From Mytilus californianus (taxonomy: Eukaryota), in contig NW_026262734.1 in assembly GCF_021869535.1 (NCBI RefSeq), positions 33,356,001 to 33,420,000 on the forward strand: a DNA stretch of 64,000 nucleotides, written 5' to 3'. Made by a program: the position numbers and the translations under genes. This document shows positions 49,371 to 62,003 of this stretch, one piece after another; the first letter of the stretch is position 1, and the number at the start of each line of letters is the position of its first letter. Under the pieces are notes generated by a model. It made no database searches and had not been told where the DNA came from. It saw nothing but the letters and a program-made list of their open reading frames with translations.

Positions 49371-52300
49371 TTTATACGACCGCAAAAAATTTTTGCGGTC
49401 GTATATTGGTATGACGTTGGCGTCGTTGTCTTCGTCGTCATCGTCCGTAGACACATTAGTTTTCGCACTCTAACTTTAGTTTAAGTGAATGGATCTCTTT
49501 GAAATTTTACCATAAGGTTCAATACCACAAAAGGAAGGTGGGGATTGATTTTGGGGGTTATGGTACCAACAGTTAAGGAATTAGGGGCCAAAAAGGGGCC
49601 AAAAATAAGCATTTTCTAGTTTCCAGACAATAACTGTTTAACAGTGTATGGATCTCTCTGAAATTATACTACAAGTTTCCATACCACAAAGGGATGGTTA
49701 GGATTTGCTTTGGGGGGTTATGGCTCAAACCCTTTAGGAATTAGGGGCAAAAAAGGGGGAAAAACAAGGTTGTCCTGGTTAATGGACAAATACTTTAGTA
49801 CAAAACATAGTTTAAAGCAGTGTAAGGGAGATAAATCAAATACATCATTGAAATTATCTCCCTTACACTGCTTTTAAATTATGTATAAAGTAATGGTTAA
49901 TGAACAATTAAGATAATTTAAAACAGTGTAAGGGAGGTAATCCAAATACAACGTTTTGGTTACTTCCCTTACACTGCTTTTAAATTATGTTTAAAGAAAT
50001 GCATATTTATAAAGGAAGACCAGTAAAAATATCTGCAAATGTTGCATCTTTTTTTTTTACAAAAAAATCCATATGAAAGATTTGACACTATATTTTAAAT
50101 TCTATTATAAAATAGATTACCGGTAAGTTAGCACTATGGTAAATTTAAATGGGTAATTATGGTTGCAAACTCCATTGGAAATTTGAATTGAGATTATGAC
50201 CATATCTTGAGGGAAAGAATTTTTTGGGGGAAAAAGGGGGGGGGGGGGGGGGGGGGGTGGGGGGGGGGGGGGGGGGTAAAAAGAAATTGTGGGGGGTCAA
50301 TTTTTTCTTGTTTCAGATTTCAGAAATTAAAAAGAATTATTCTTCAAATATTATTTTTTTTTCAAATTTCAAATATTGTAAAAATTTCAAGAAGTAATCT
50401 TTAATTGCACAGTATGGCGCATTAGATTTGTAAAATCTTTGACCACATTTATTTATTTGTTATGCCAAATCTAACCGTGTATTTAGATTTTTGAATTCGG
50501 GTCCAATTTTCAAATTGGTCTACATTAAGGTCCAAAGGGTCCAAAATTAAACTTTGTTTGATTTTTACAAAAATTGAATATATGGGGTTCTTTGATATGC
50601 TGAATCTAACCATGTATTTAGGTTTTTGATTTTTGGCCCAGTTTTCAAGTTGGTCCAAATTGGGGTCCAAAATTAAACTTTGTTTGATTTCAACAAAAAT
50701 TGAATAGATGGGGTTCTTTGATATGCTGAATCTAACCATGTATTTAGATTTTTTATTTGTGGACCCCGCTATCAAATTGGTTCATATTGAGGTCAAAAGG
50801 GTCCAAAATTAAACTTCGTTTGATTTCATCAAAAATTGAATTTTTGGGGTTCTTTGATATGCCAAATCTAACCGTGTATTTAGATTTTTAATTTTGGGTC
50901 CTGTTTTTTAATTTGGTCTATATTAAGGTCCAAAGGGTCCAAAATTAAACTTAGTTTGATTTTAACAAAAATTGAATTCTTGGGGTTCTTTGATATGCTG
51001 AATCTAAACATGTGTTTAGATTTTTGATTATGGGCCCAGTTTTCAAGTTGGTCCAAGTTGGGGTCCAAAATTAAACTTTGTTTGATTTCAACAAAAATTG
51101 AATATATGGGGTTCTTTGATATGCTGAATCTAAACATGTATTTAGATTTTAGATTTTTGGCCCAGTTTTCAAGTTGGGGTCCAAAATTAAACTTTGTTTG
51201 ATTTCAACAAAAATTGAATACATGGGGTTCTTTGATATGCTGAATATAACCATGTATTTAGATTTTTTATTTGTGGGCCCGCTATCAAATTGGTTCATAT
51301 TGAGGTCAAAAGGGACCTAAATTAAACTTTGTTTGATTTCAACAAAAATTGAATTATTGGGGTTCTTTGATATGCCAAATCTAACCGTGTATTTAGATTT
51401 TTAATTTTGGGTCCTGTTTTTTAATTTGGTCTATATTAAGGTCCAAAGGGTCCAAAATTAAACTTAGTTTGATTTTAACAAAAATTGAATTCTTGGGGTT
51501 CTTTGATATGCTGAATCTAAACATGTGTCTAGATTTTTGATTATGGGCCCAGTTTTCAAGTTGGTCCAAGTTGGGGTCCAAAATTAAACTTTGTTTGATT
51601 TCAACAAAAATTGAATATATGGGGTTCTTTGATATGCTGAATCTAAACATGTATTTAGATTTAAGATTTTTGGCCCAGTTTTCAAGTTGGGGTCCAAAAT
51701 TAAACTTTGTTTGATTTCAACAAAAATTGAATATATTGGGTTCTTTGATATGCTGAATATAACAATGTATTTAGATTTTTTATTTGTGGGCCCGCTATCA
51801 GATTGGTTCATATTGAGGTCAAAAGGGACCTAAATTAAACTTTGTTTGATTTCAACAAAAATTTAATTATTGGGGTTCTTTGATATGCCAAATCTAACCG
51901 TGTATTTAGATTTTTAATTTTGGGTCCCGTTTTTTAAATTGGTCTACATTAAGGTCCAAAGGGTCCAAAATTAAACTTAGTTTGATTTTAACAAAAATTG
52001 GAATTCTTGGGGTTCTTTGATTTGCTGAATCTAAACATGTGTTTAGATTTCTGATTATGGGCCCAGTTTTCAAGTTGGTCAAAGTTGGGGTCCAAAATTA
52101 AACTTTTTTTTATTTCAACAAAAATTGAATATATGGGGTTCTTTGATATGCTGAATATAACCATGTATTTAGATTTTTTATTTGTGGGCCCCGCTATCAA
52201 ATTGGTTCATATTGAGGTCAAAAGGGTCCAAAATTAAACTTTGTTTGATTTCATCAAAAATTGAATTATTGGGGTTCTTTGATATGCCAAATCTAACCGT

Positions 52301-52784
52301 GTATTTAGATTTTTAATTTGGGGTCCCGTTTTTTAAATTGGTCTACATTAAGGTCCAAAGGGTCCAAAATTAAACTTAGTTTGATTTTAACAAAAATTGA
52401 ATTCTTGGGGTTCTTTGGTATGCTGAATCTAAACAAGTGTTTAGATTTTTGATTATGGGCCCAGTTTTCAAGTTTGTTCAAGTTGGGGTCCAAAATTAAA
52501 CTTTGTTTGATTTCAACAAAAATTGAATATATGGGGTTCTTTGATATGCTGAATTTAACCATGTATTTTGATTTTGGACATTGGACCATAATAGGTAAAT
52601 TAAAAAAATTCAAGTTCTTAGACCACATTCTTTCTGTGTCAGAAACCTATGCTGTGTCAAATATTTAATCACAATCCAAATTCAGAGCTGTATCAAGCTT
52701 GAATGTTGTGTCCATACTTGCCCCAACTGTTCAGGGTTCGACCTCTGCGGTCGTATCAAGCTGCGCCCAGCGAAGCATTTTATT
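49371..52784 (-). mobile_element. Family A copy 3 (complete, reverse orientation) with expanded satellite array 50450-52570
   Basis: Hairpin TATACGACCGCAAAAAATTTTTGCGGTCGTATA at 49373-49405. The 5' end (reverse complement of 27942-28130) is at 52570-52784. About 17 subunits of 116-137 bp; poly-G at 50205-50277. Confidence 0.8.
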
Positions 52785-54072
52785 AGATTTTGTTAGGATT
52801 ATACATGTCAGGGTCATAGTTTCTAAAGGTAGATTTGAATTATCTGGTACATATAGGAAGTTGATACTTTACTCATAGCTTACATCATAAATAAAATTTA
52901 ACAGATGGTGTTAGAATTTTGTTTGTCCCTTTGGAGCTTTGTTTTTTGTCTTGCCTATGATGAATGTTGCAGAATGAAAGACATAGTGATGCTAATCTGG
53001 CTTTTTTTAAATACAACTATTTGTTATTTGTATAAAGCTTTATATTTAAGAAGATGGAAGACCTGGATTCTTCACATCATGTATACAGATGCCTTATATT
53101 CTAAAGGTCCTCTGGTAAAAGTCAAGTTTCCTTGTCATAGTTCAGTGACTGCTTAAATAACTTGAACTATATAAATATAAATACTATATTTGGTATATAT
53201 AAAATAATTACAAGGTAAACATGGCTGGCAGTTTCATAATTTGGTCTGTTTTTCATATGCTATAAACAACAGGTCAACTATACTTGGTGCTTGGAATGAT
53301 GGCAAAGTATTCATATCTTTTTTTTTTGTAATTAGGTTCGTTTCTCTGATACTATAAGCAGTATATCAACTTTATTTGGTGTATGTAATGATTGTTAGGT
53401 GTACATGTCCATCTGGCAGGGTGCATATGACCTAGATTATCTCCAATATGATTAGAGAAGCTTGGGGTTATTACACAATCCCCCATACACAATTAATCTT
53501 CAATTACACACACTGTGAGATAAAGGATGGGGCAAAAAGAAAGAAAATTAATAAAATGGTGTGAATAGTTCTTTCTGGACAAAATTGTAGGAAAATGGCT
53601 ATTAGTACTTAAGTATATTTATTTCTCCAGTGTCTCTGTTTTTTCTCTGCAGAGACATATATATATATGTCTGTTTTTACTAAAGGATTTGTTTTCGAAA
53701 AAAATAAAATTCACAGAATGTCTTAAGCTTTCCTTTTATTTATTTGAGTTTTGAAGTTATTCAAATGACTTTAATTATCTTTTATCGTTTTATTTGTGTT
53801 TAGATTTTCACTATTACGGTGAGATCGGAAGTGTCGACTTGTATTTAGCAATATATTTGGTTGGCGGGGTTTAATTATCTCCCCTTTTCACATGTGTGTT
53901 TTGTAACATTTTTTGTATTACTTACAAAAAAGCAGAGATCACATGTTGACATTCTTTGAAGTATAGAGATGAGACAGATATTATAACCTAAAGTTTCATT
54001 ATAAAGCATGCCAAACGCAAATTATAACATTTTCTATGTACGTAAATTTATATCCATCTCACTCAACCGCAC

Positions 54073-57000
54073 GGTAGCAAGTCATTTCGTACCTTGACCT
54101 TTTCGTACCTCTGCGAAATGTACCCCAAATTACCATTTTGTACCCAACCTTTACCATTCGTACCCACGATAGAAACCATTTCGTTGCGAATCCATGACAA
54201 ATCGCCCCACTGGCAAATCGCCCCACTTTTTCACCAACTCGCCCCACTTTTGTTTACCAACTCGCCACACTTATGAAAAAGGGTAAAATCCGATTGAAAA
54301 TAGGTTGGATAACTTGCTCCATTTATGAAAAGGGTAAAAATCCCTCTGAAATAAGGCTGTCAACTCACCCCACTTGTGAAAAATGGATAAATCCTGATGA
54401 ATTTAGTAATGCCAACTCGACCATCTTGATGCAAAAGATGCAATCCTGTTGTATATCTATGTTCCTGTCCCACTCATAAATAAAATCAATACGTATGAAA
54501 ACCTTAGATAAACATGCTTTTCCCGTTTGAATGGTTTTACACTAGTCATTTTTGGGCCCTTTATAGCTTACTGTTCGGTGTGATCCAAGGCTCCGTGTTG
54601 AAGACAGTACTTTGACCTATAATGGTTTTTCTTTTACTTGTGACTTGGATGGAGAGTTGTCTCATTGGCACTCATACCACATCTTCTTATATCTATTTTG
54701 TAGTTCTTTTCTTTTTGTTAAAATAAAGCAGAAAGAATTTAAGTGAGTATCAGTATTTCTGTGACGTGAATGCCAACTATCCCCACTTGTGAAAGATAAG
54801 AGAAATCCTGATGAATTGAGTCTTGCCAACTCGCCCCACTTATGAAAAATAGAAAAGTCCTGATGAATTGAGTCATGCCACCTCATAGTCAATAAAAATA
54901 ATTTAATAAATTTTCGTTTTTAAGTGGGGCGAGTTGGCAGACCTGAAAATTATATATTCATCTAGATTTTACCTTTTTTCATTAAGTGAGGCGAGTTGGC
55001 AGGAGAAAAATTAACGGAATTTAACACTTTTCACAAGTGGTGCGATTTTTTAAAAAGTGGGGCGAGTTAGTAAACCAGTTTGGGGCGATTTTATTAAAAG
55101 TGGGTCGAGTAATGGTGAAAAAGTGGGGTGATTTGGTGATTTGGTGTGGGGCGATTTGCCAGTGGGGCCATTTGTCCTGCTTCCTTTTTAAGATATAAAA
55201 CATTTTGAGATGATTTTACCTTTTTTTTTAAATAACATAAATAAAATGCATCCAGCCGTAGAAATGTTATAAAGACTGATGATTGGTTTGATTAAGCAGC
55301 ACATAGAAACTTGAATAGTTTTAATTACACTTTGTTTGCAGGATTTATCCTTAATTAATTTTTCAACTAAAAATGTAAGGTTAATTAACCAACAAAGGAT
55401 AATTATCTGCAACTGTTTTTACATATATAGTTATTACCAGTTGTTTTCGCCAGAAAATGCAGTGAAAAGGGACACAAAGTCATTGAATTTAGCCACAAAT
55501 CTGACGCCAATGGCTTGTAAATTTTATTGGGGACTTGTAAATATGCTGTTGGGACTAGTCCGACTGGCTTGTGGAAAATTTCCACCTGCGGGGACTTCAA
55601 ACCCCCCTAGCTAGTTTGAGCCGTGTTGCGGTGCTCAACGATGACAGAAATTTGTGGGGGCTTGTAGTCTTTTCAAGCTTAAGGGACTTGTAAAATCTTA
55701 TCAACCACAAGTCCCTCTGGCTAGTAGGTTTAAAAGTTTATTGTGAAGACTGCAAGCTGGTATTCACCAAGAAGGAAGCCATGAATAAAAATGTTTGCAT
55801 AAGAATTTGCACCTTTTGTGACCAATCAAAGAACTTGCTACGGCTTTTTCAATTTGAGAAAATTACAAGTTCATTTATTTTGTATCCTTACATCATGTAC
55901 ATCTAACCTTTTAAATTTCTAAAACGTTTGGTAAATATCTTTTTTTCGTGTGTATTGCATATTTTTCTAAAAGTATTATTTAAAAAAAAAATCCATGCAT
56001 ATGATATATACATTTAGGTTCAACTGCACTTTACGATAATCAATTGAATATATCTCAATATTTAGGCACACGTCACAATTTCAATGGGCATGTGTATTCA
56101 ATAAACATTTTTAATCCAATTAAATATAATGCTACCTTTGAAAACAATACGCCAGTACGGTGCATGTCTTTTGTTAAACGTGTATTCAAAAGTAACAAAA
56201 TCAGTGTTATCGGCAGAAAAGTGAACTGTTACTAAAGAGCCAGCTAATATTTGAAATTAATATCTTAAATACAAAGTTTTATAGATTTCAAAAAAAATTT
56301 CGTTTATTGACTTTATTCCTATTTGTATAATATCTCATAGGTGCTTTGATTTTAAATTTTAGACATTTCTCGTGACCTCTACCACCTAACAGTAAAAGGT
56401 CAATGAGACTGTTTTAACCAAGAAATAAAACACATATAAATCCTCCACGATGTATGAAATGGCATACAACAACAACAAATGGAAGTTTTTAACGACCTTG
56501 ACTGGATATACATCCCTCGCACGGTCGGCTCGGTGCCCGAAGGCGTTTGGTGAGCGTTTAAATAATTTTGTGCCATCGGTCAGGAACAGGTGAAGGACGC
56601 CATTTTGGTAGGCCGCCATCTTGGTTTTGTGAGTTGTTTTGGTTTTTCTTTTGTTGACTATTTTGATGTTATGTCTTCACAACGGCTGCTTTCAGGGCCA
56701 GATTGGTCAGCTTGGCAGCCCGCTAACCTCGATGATGGACTACTGGTAGATGAGTCTCGGACGTAGTATTAACGATGACAGGAAGCATTATCAGGACCAA
56801 AGTCGTGAGACAGTGAAATGGCGGTCCATCATCTAACACCTAGGATACAGCCCTCGGACGTCACTCGGCATACCACTCCCCCATCCATAATGGGTTTTGG
56901 AGTGTATGTTGACGCGGGAATTTGCCCCTACGCGGATTATAGCCTAACGTAGACTGTACAGCGTTAGATTGGTTTCTGTCATCGAAAGTAGTAAGTCGTT

Positions 57001-57254
57001 GATCCATCTAACTGTAAACCCTCATCGAAGATAGCGGGTAAAGGAGAGCTGACCCAGCACGTCCGTTCAGTTGTAATGACTGAGACGTGACTGATGGCAT
57101 ACATACAAACCTTCCATAAGGTACGAAATGGTATACATACAAATCTTCCATGAGGTGCGAAATGGTATACATATATATATTCCATGAGGTACAAAATGGT
57201 ATACATGTAAATATTCCATGAGGTACGAAATTGGGGGTACGAAATGACTATAAT
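54073..57254. mobile_element. ~3.2-kb MULE-like element with 9-10 bp target duplication
   Basis: TCAACCGCAC at 54063-54072 and 57255-57264. TIR AGTCATTTCGTACC / GGTACGAAATGACT with sub-terminal repeats of the same motif, including 33-bp units at ~57100-57240. Confidence 0.65.
54188..55184. mobile_element. ~1-kb element with long TIRs built from AACTCGCCCCACTT subrepeats; contains an R1 fragment
   Basis: GACAAATCGCCCCACTGGCAAATCGCCCCAC at the left, reverse complement at 55146-55177. No target duplication found. Confidence 0.6.
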
Positions 57255-57265
57255 TCAACCGCACA

Positions 57266-57364
57266 CGTAGCTGCGGAACTGTAGTTCTTAGGTCCTTAAG
57301 GACTATGGTCCGCAAATTGTCAAAAATATCAGAAGGACCTAAGAGCTACTGTTCCGCAGCTACC
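57266..57364. mobile_element. ~99-bp MITE-like inverted repeat with 31-bp arms
   Basis: GTAGCTGCGGAACTGTAGTTCTTAGGTCCTT vs AAGGACCTAAGAGCTACTGTTCCGCAGCTAC (2 mismatches); CACA on both flanks. Confidence 0.55.
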
Positions 57365-59722
57365 CACACACAGACATAGGCACTTGTCTCTGTAAAAATA
57401 TGTATATATTATACCTTTATTAATATGACTCTTGAGTAACGTGTTCTTTTGCTGAGACAAGTGACTGTACTTCTACTGACAGTCTGTAAAACTACTAGGT
57501 GTATACCAAAGAACAAACATAAACACAAATTATATAGTTACAAACTATTTGAACAAATAGCCAGCAGTAAAAAATGATTGCACTGGCTACAATTACATTG
57601 AAAACTTAACAATACAAAAAAAACTATCTTTGTAATATATTAAAATACAACTTTTAAACCCTTTTATTCTAATTTAATTCAATAATACAATGTTTCATAT
57701 ACATTGTATATGTTGTATAGTTTTAAGTAGAATTGAAACTTCTGGATCATCCAGTATGTGCTTTTTGGGGCATGTTTAAGGCCGATGCATTTATTGGTGT
57801 AGCCATAGCAAACGACAGATTCCGCAATGTGCACCTTTTTCTATAGGATTGTATTTAGACTTTTGTAAAACCACGAAATGAAAAATCCACGAAAAATCCA
57901 ATTTTTTCTTGATCCACAAAATCGGTACCCACGAAAATAACTGAATCCACAGTATATGTCAACTACAGAAATTGAATCTTGAAATTTTTGGGGTCGAATC
58001 AAACAAATCCAAAGTTTGAAATTTAATGTAACTATAACGCAATGTAACCATATGCACTAATTTTATTATTACGTCTGCAATGATTACTTTAAAAATCATG
58101 AGGAAAGTGGAAAATTTGTGCACTGCCTGAATTTATTTAGACTTGACTTTCAAATATTCACTCAGAAACCAAAAATTCATTTGAAAAACCTGTAAGTTTG
58201 ACAATCTCATCACATGAAATTTTAGATTATATATTAAAAACAGGCTTCATCTCAAATTTGTTTTTCCTGCAATTGATCAGAATTTGCTTGCATGCAGTAA
58301 CATTTATACCATTCAATTATAGCTGAACTTTCTTTTGCAAGTGTACATTTAAATTTTCAAAATCATCATCAGCATATGGCAGAGTATTATCATCAGCAAC
58401 AGTTATGTAGAATTTCATGTTCAATAAAATGAAATCTATCATTTATAAAATATTAGATAATAAAGGTCCCAACATTTAGCTTTTGTGTACACCTCTTTGG
58501 ATGTCAGCCCAACTGCTGAGTACTCCTTGAAGTTTTATTTGTTCCCTACAATATGTAAGATAATTTTGAAGAAATTTCACTGATATTGCAGAAAGACAAT
58601 AGGCAGATGGTGTCTTTAAAAGAATAACATAGGTAGATACAAGTTTTTTTTTGTAGTTAACTTAAAATATCATATTGAATAAAATAAAAAAAATATTGCA
58701 CCTGCAAAATTTATAGCTCTTTCTATATTCAAATTTTCAAGGTTTTCAACTGTGACAACATAATGGCATAGTCCTTAACATGATAATATTTTCTAAAATC
58801 TAGCATTTTTCTACAATGTGTCTACCAGCTGTCTACACCTTAGTTTTCAAAAGCACCAGTCTGTACATTGTCACAGGAGCTTTCAATAGAAAAATATTTT
58901 CTTTGTATGAATATAACTATTTTATGTTACATGTATGTATGGTTAGGTTTAGAAATTTTAAGCAAATTTTTTTTTTTCAAAAATGTTCACTGTTAAAAAA
59001 GATTTAGATATTTTATAACAATTTTTAAAATAGGTAGAATTGATTCCTGCACAAATCTACATATGTGTGCATCTTCTCAATAAATTGACATTAAATATTT
59101 ATATGGTAGAAAGTTTCCCACTGTAGGTCTATCAACTTATATAAGCAAATTAGGTTTTAGAACACAAAACTAAAACATTAATAGAAGTAGAAACATCAAA
59201 GTATCGGTAAAAAAATCTGTAAAACAAAATAGACAAATTTTGAATTTGGTTTTACGACATGTACAAGTTTATCTTTTTGTGCAGAATGGACTCATCCCAT
59301 CCTGCCAAATGCGGAATAGGTCCCCCAAATGAGAAACTAACCTTCCCTTCAAATGAGAGATTTTTTTCAGTCTGACTATTTTGAGGACATTAAATCAATG
59401 AGGCTAAAGTCAAAAAAAGGCATCTACATGTAAAATCTCTGTAAGCTTAAAGTGATTACAAAATCTCATAAAAATCAATGACATCACCTATTTGCTAAAA
59501 CTCTGCAGAGTTCTAAAAAATTATATTTATATATTTATATTTGAAGGAAGAAAATGAGTAAAAAGCAGGACACTACAACTGTAACTAATAAATAGAGGAA
59601 TGGATAATAAAAATCGAAAGTGATGAGGATTATTTTAACAATGGCTGATACCCCAAAAAGATGTACATCAAAAAGAAAATTAACACAAAACTACCAAAGT
59701 TAATACACGTGAGATATCCAAC

Positions 59723-60359
59723 ATGATGAACGTCAGTTATGTTGTATTAAGCAGACTTGTACACACTGATTTAAGACTAATTCTTCGACATAGCAAAGTA
59801 AAACTTTATTCAACATTATCCTTCAGAATATGCCATAAAAGCAGTGCAATTAGAAACTCCTTATATTATGCATGTAGGGGTTTGTCAGGAATCTCAGATG
59901 GCGGAAATGAACAAAATGTACCAGGAAAGGATACACAAGACAATTCTGAAGATACGAAAACTATTGGTAGCGAGAAAAGTACTGAAATTGTAGGAAATGT
60001 GAAAGAGGACATTGCTAAAACAACAAAAGGTTCTAAAATTACGAAATTATTGCCAGAGAAAACAGCTTTGCCTAATGAGAGTGATATTGATTTAGAAACA
60101 ACAAAAGCAAAGAGGACACGACCATCAAAGAAAAGTGCTACAGATGAAGAGAAGAAAGAGAAAAAAGTGAAAAAGAAAAAGGACTCATTAATGGACCTAG
60201 AAGATTTTTCAGGGCTAGATGAAAATGTAAAGAATCTTTTGGAAACTCACAAACTAAAGCGTATAGTGGGACATACTTGTGTTATCATCAACTGTCTAAA
60301 ATGTTCAGTGATCAAGAAACCTGTTGTTAGTGATGCCATATATGTCAATAAAACTACAG
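59723..60359 (+). CDS. TWNK: Twinkle mitochondrial replicative helicase, coding exon 1 (presequence, K/E-rich linker, start of zinc-binding domain)
   Basis: Basic, acid-poor N-terminus typical of mitochondrial targeting. GHTCVIINCLKC...IYVNKTTG matches the Twinkle F/YI(D/N)KTTG motif. G^gtaat. Confidence 0.75.
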
Positions 60360-61099
60360 GTAATAGTTCAGTTAATGAGCATGTAATGTAAAACAAATTT
60401 TAAACTTTTTTTTGTAATATTTGGATTTCAAAATTAAGAATATATTCAAAGAATCAAAATAATACAAACATTACCAGAAATTAGAATTTGAAAAACAGTG
60501 CTATGTGTCTGCTCTATACAGCTGCTTACGATATTTCTGGCATCACTTTTCTCCCATGTCAAAATTCACATCCTGACTAATATAAAGTATATATGGTACA
60601 GGACAAATACTAGTAAGACAACTTATTTGTTGGCCACTACAGTCCCTGATAAGGTTAAAATCTGAGGGCCTAAGCCTTATATTGTTATGAAAGTACCTGC
60701 CATCAACTCAATGTTCAGTTCAAATATTTAGATTACATTAATGATAATATAAAAATAAGAAAAAGTTTGATAATGGGTTGTTCTGTCGGAAATATGTTTT
60801 AATGAGTAACAGAACACAACACAGTAGAAATATGAATAGGAAATTCTATCACCTTGAACTGAAAAAAGCCTTTTGTAGTCTTTAGTCCTGTGATAGAAAA
60901 AATTAGAGAATGGAACAAGGACTTAAAAGAATCTTTGTTTATATGAATTCTAATTCACTGAGAAAAAAATATTATTGTTTCTTGAATTATGCAATGAAAA
61001 TGATTTTAAGTGGCCGAAACTTGAAAAGATTTAAAATTGTTGCTTCTAAAATATTTTTGTTAAAATTTCAAGTTTCAATAAATATGTTTGTTTTTACAG

Positions 61100-61190
61100 G
61101 GTATTTTACGTGTTTTACATGTAAAAAACATGGTCCCTTAACTGCTTTACAGGAAAATTTTGAAACATTGATAAAGACAAAAGTTGCTAA
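61100..61190 (+). CDS. TWNK: Twinkle exon 2
   Basis: ttacag^GGTAT completes KTTG-YFTCFTCKKHG; AA^gtaagt. Phases match. Confidence 0.78.
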
Positions 61191-61846
61191 GTAAGTATAT
61201 TTAATATTCTTTTGATAACAATTAAGTACATATATACCATGTTGACTGTATACAGAGACAATTTGCTAAAGTTTATCTTCAAAAATAGAAATTCCATTTT
61301 AAGTTCACTTTTTTTCAGCAGCCAGATGTATTTTTTAACAGATTTATTTTTTTGTGTAGTTATAACTTATAACTTTAACAGTCTAAAAGACTGAACATTT
61401 ACCTGAATGCTATAACAAGGCTAATAGCTAGTTCTATATTGGGCATCCACAATGATACCTATATAAGTCAAAGTTGTACCGGCTTAAATAAACCAGAACA
61501 AAAAATCAGCTGTAAAATGAATATGATATGGTTTATACAGTATCACACTGTATCAGCCCTTGATCAACGCTATCAGGATTATATTGGTGTCTCCATTGAT
61601 ACAGGTGTGATATTGAGAAAGTAATATAATGATATTCTTATACATGATGAACAACTGAGTTTTAAATTGATATAATCATTTGTTAGTAGTTTTTATTTTG
61701 TGTTAAATAGCCAACATGGCGAACCTTAATCAAGTGGACAATTGGACAATACTAAATTTCAAAAATACAATTTTAAAATCTCAGATATATAAATTAATTA
61801 AAAATAGACGGCTTATTAAATTTTCACTGTCGATTACTATTTTCAG

Positions 61847-62003
61847 AAAGAACTTTGTGTGTTTTAATGACAAAGACACATATGATATATATGATTGGAC
61901 AGAAGTTGATGTAAAAGCGCTGGAAGCTCTTGGAAAAGGTGAACAATTGAAGAAATTTAAATCAGAGGAATTCAAACAGATCGAAGAATTACTTGGATTT
62001 GAA
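61847..62003 (+). CDS. TWNK: Twinkle exon 3
   Basis: tttcag^AAAG...EFKQIEELLGFE^gtaag; phase 2 in, phase 0 out. Confidence 0.72.
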
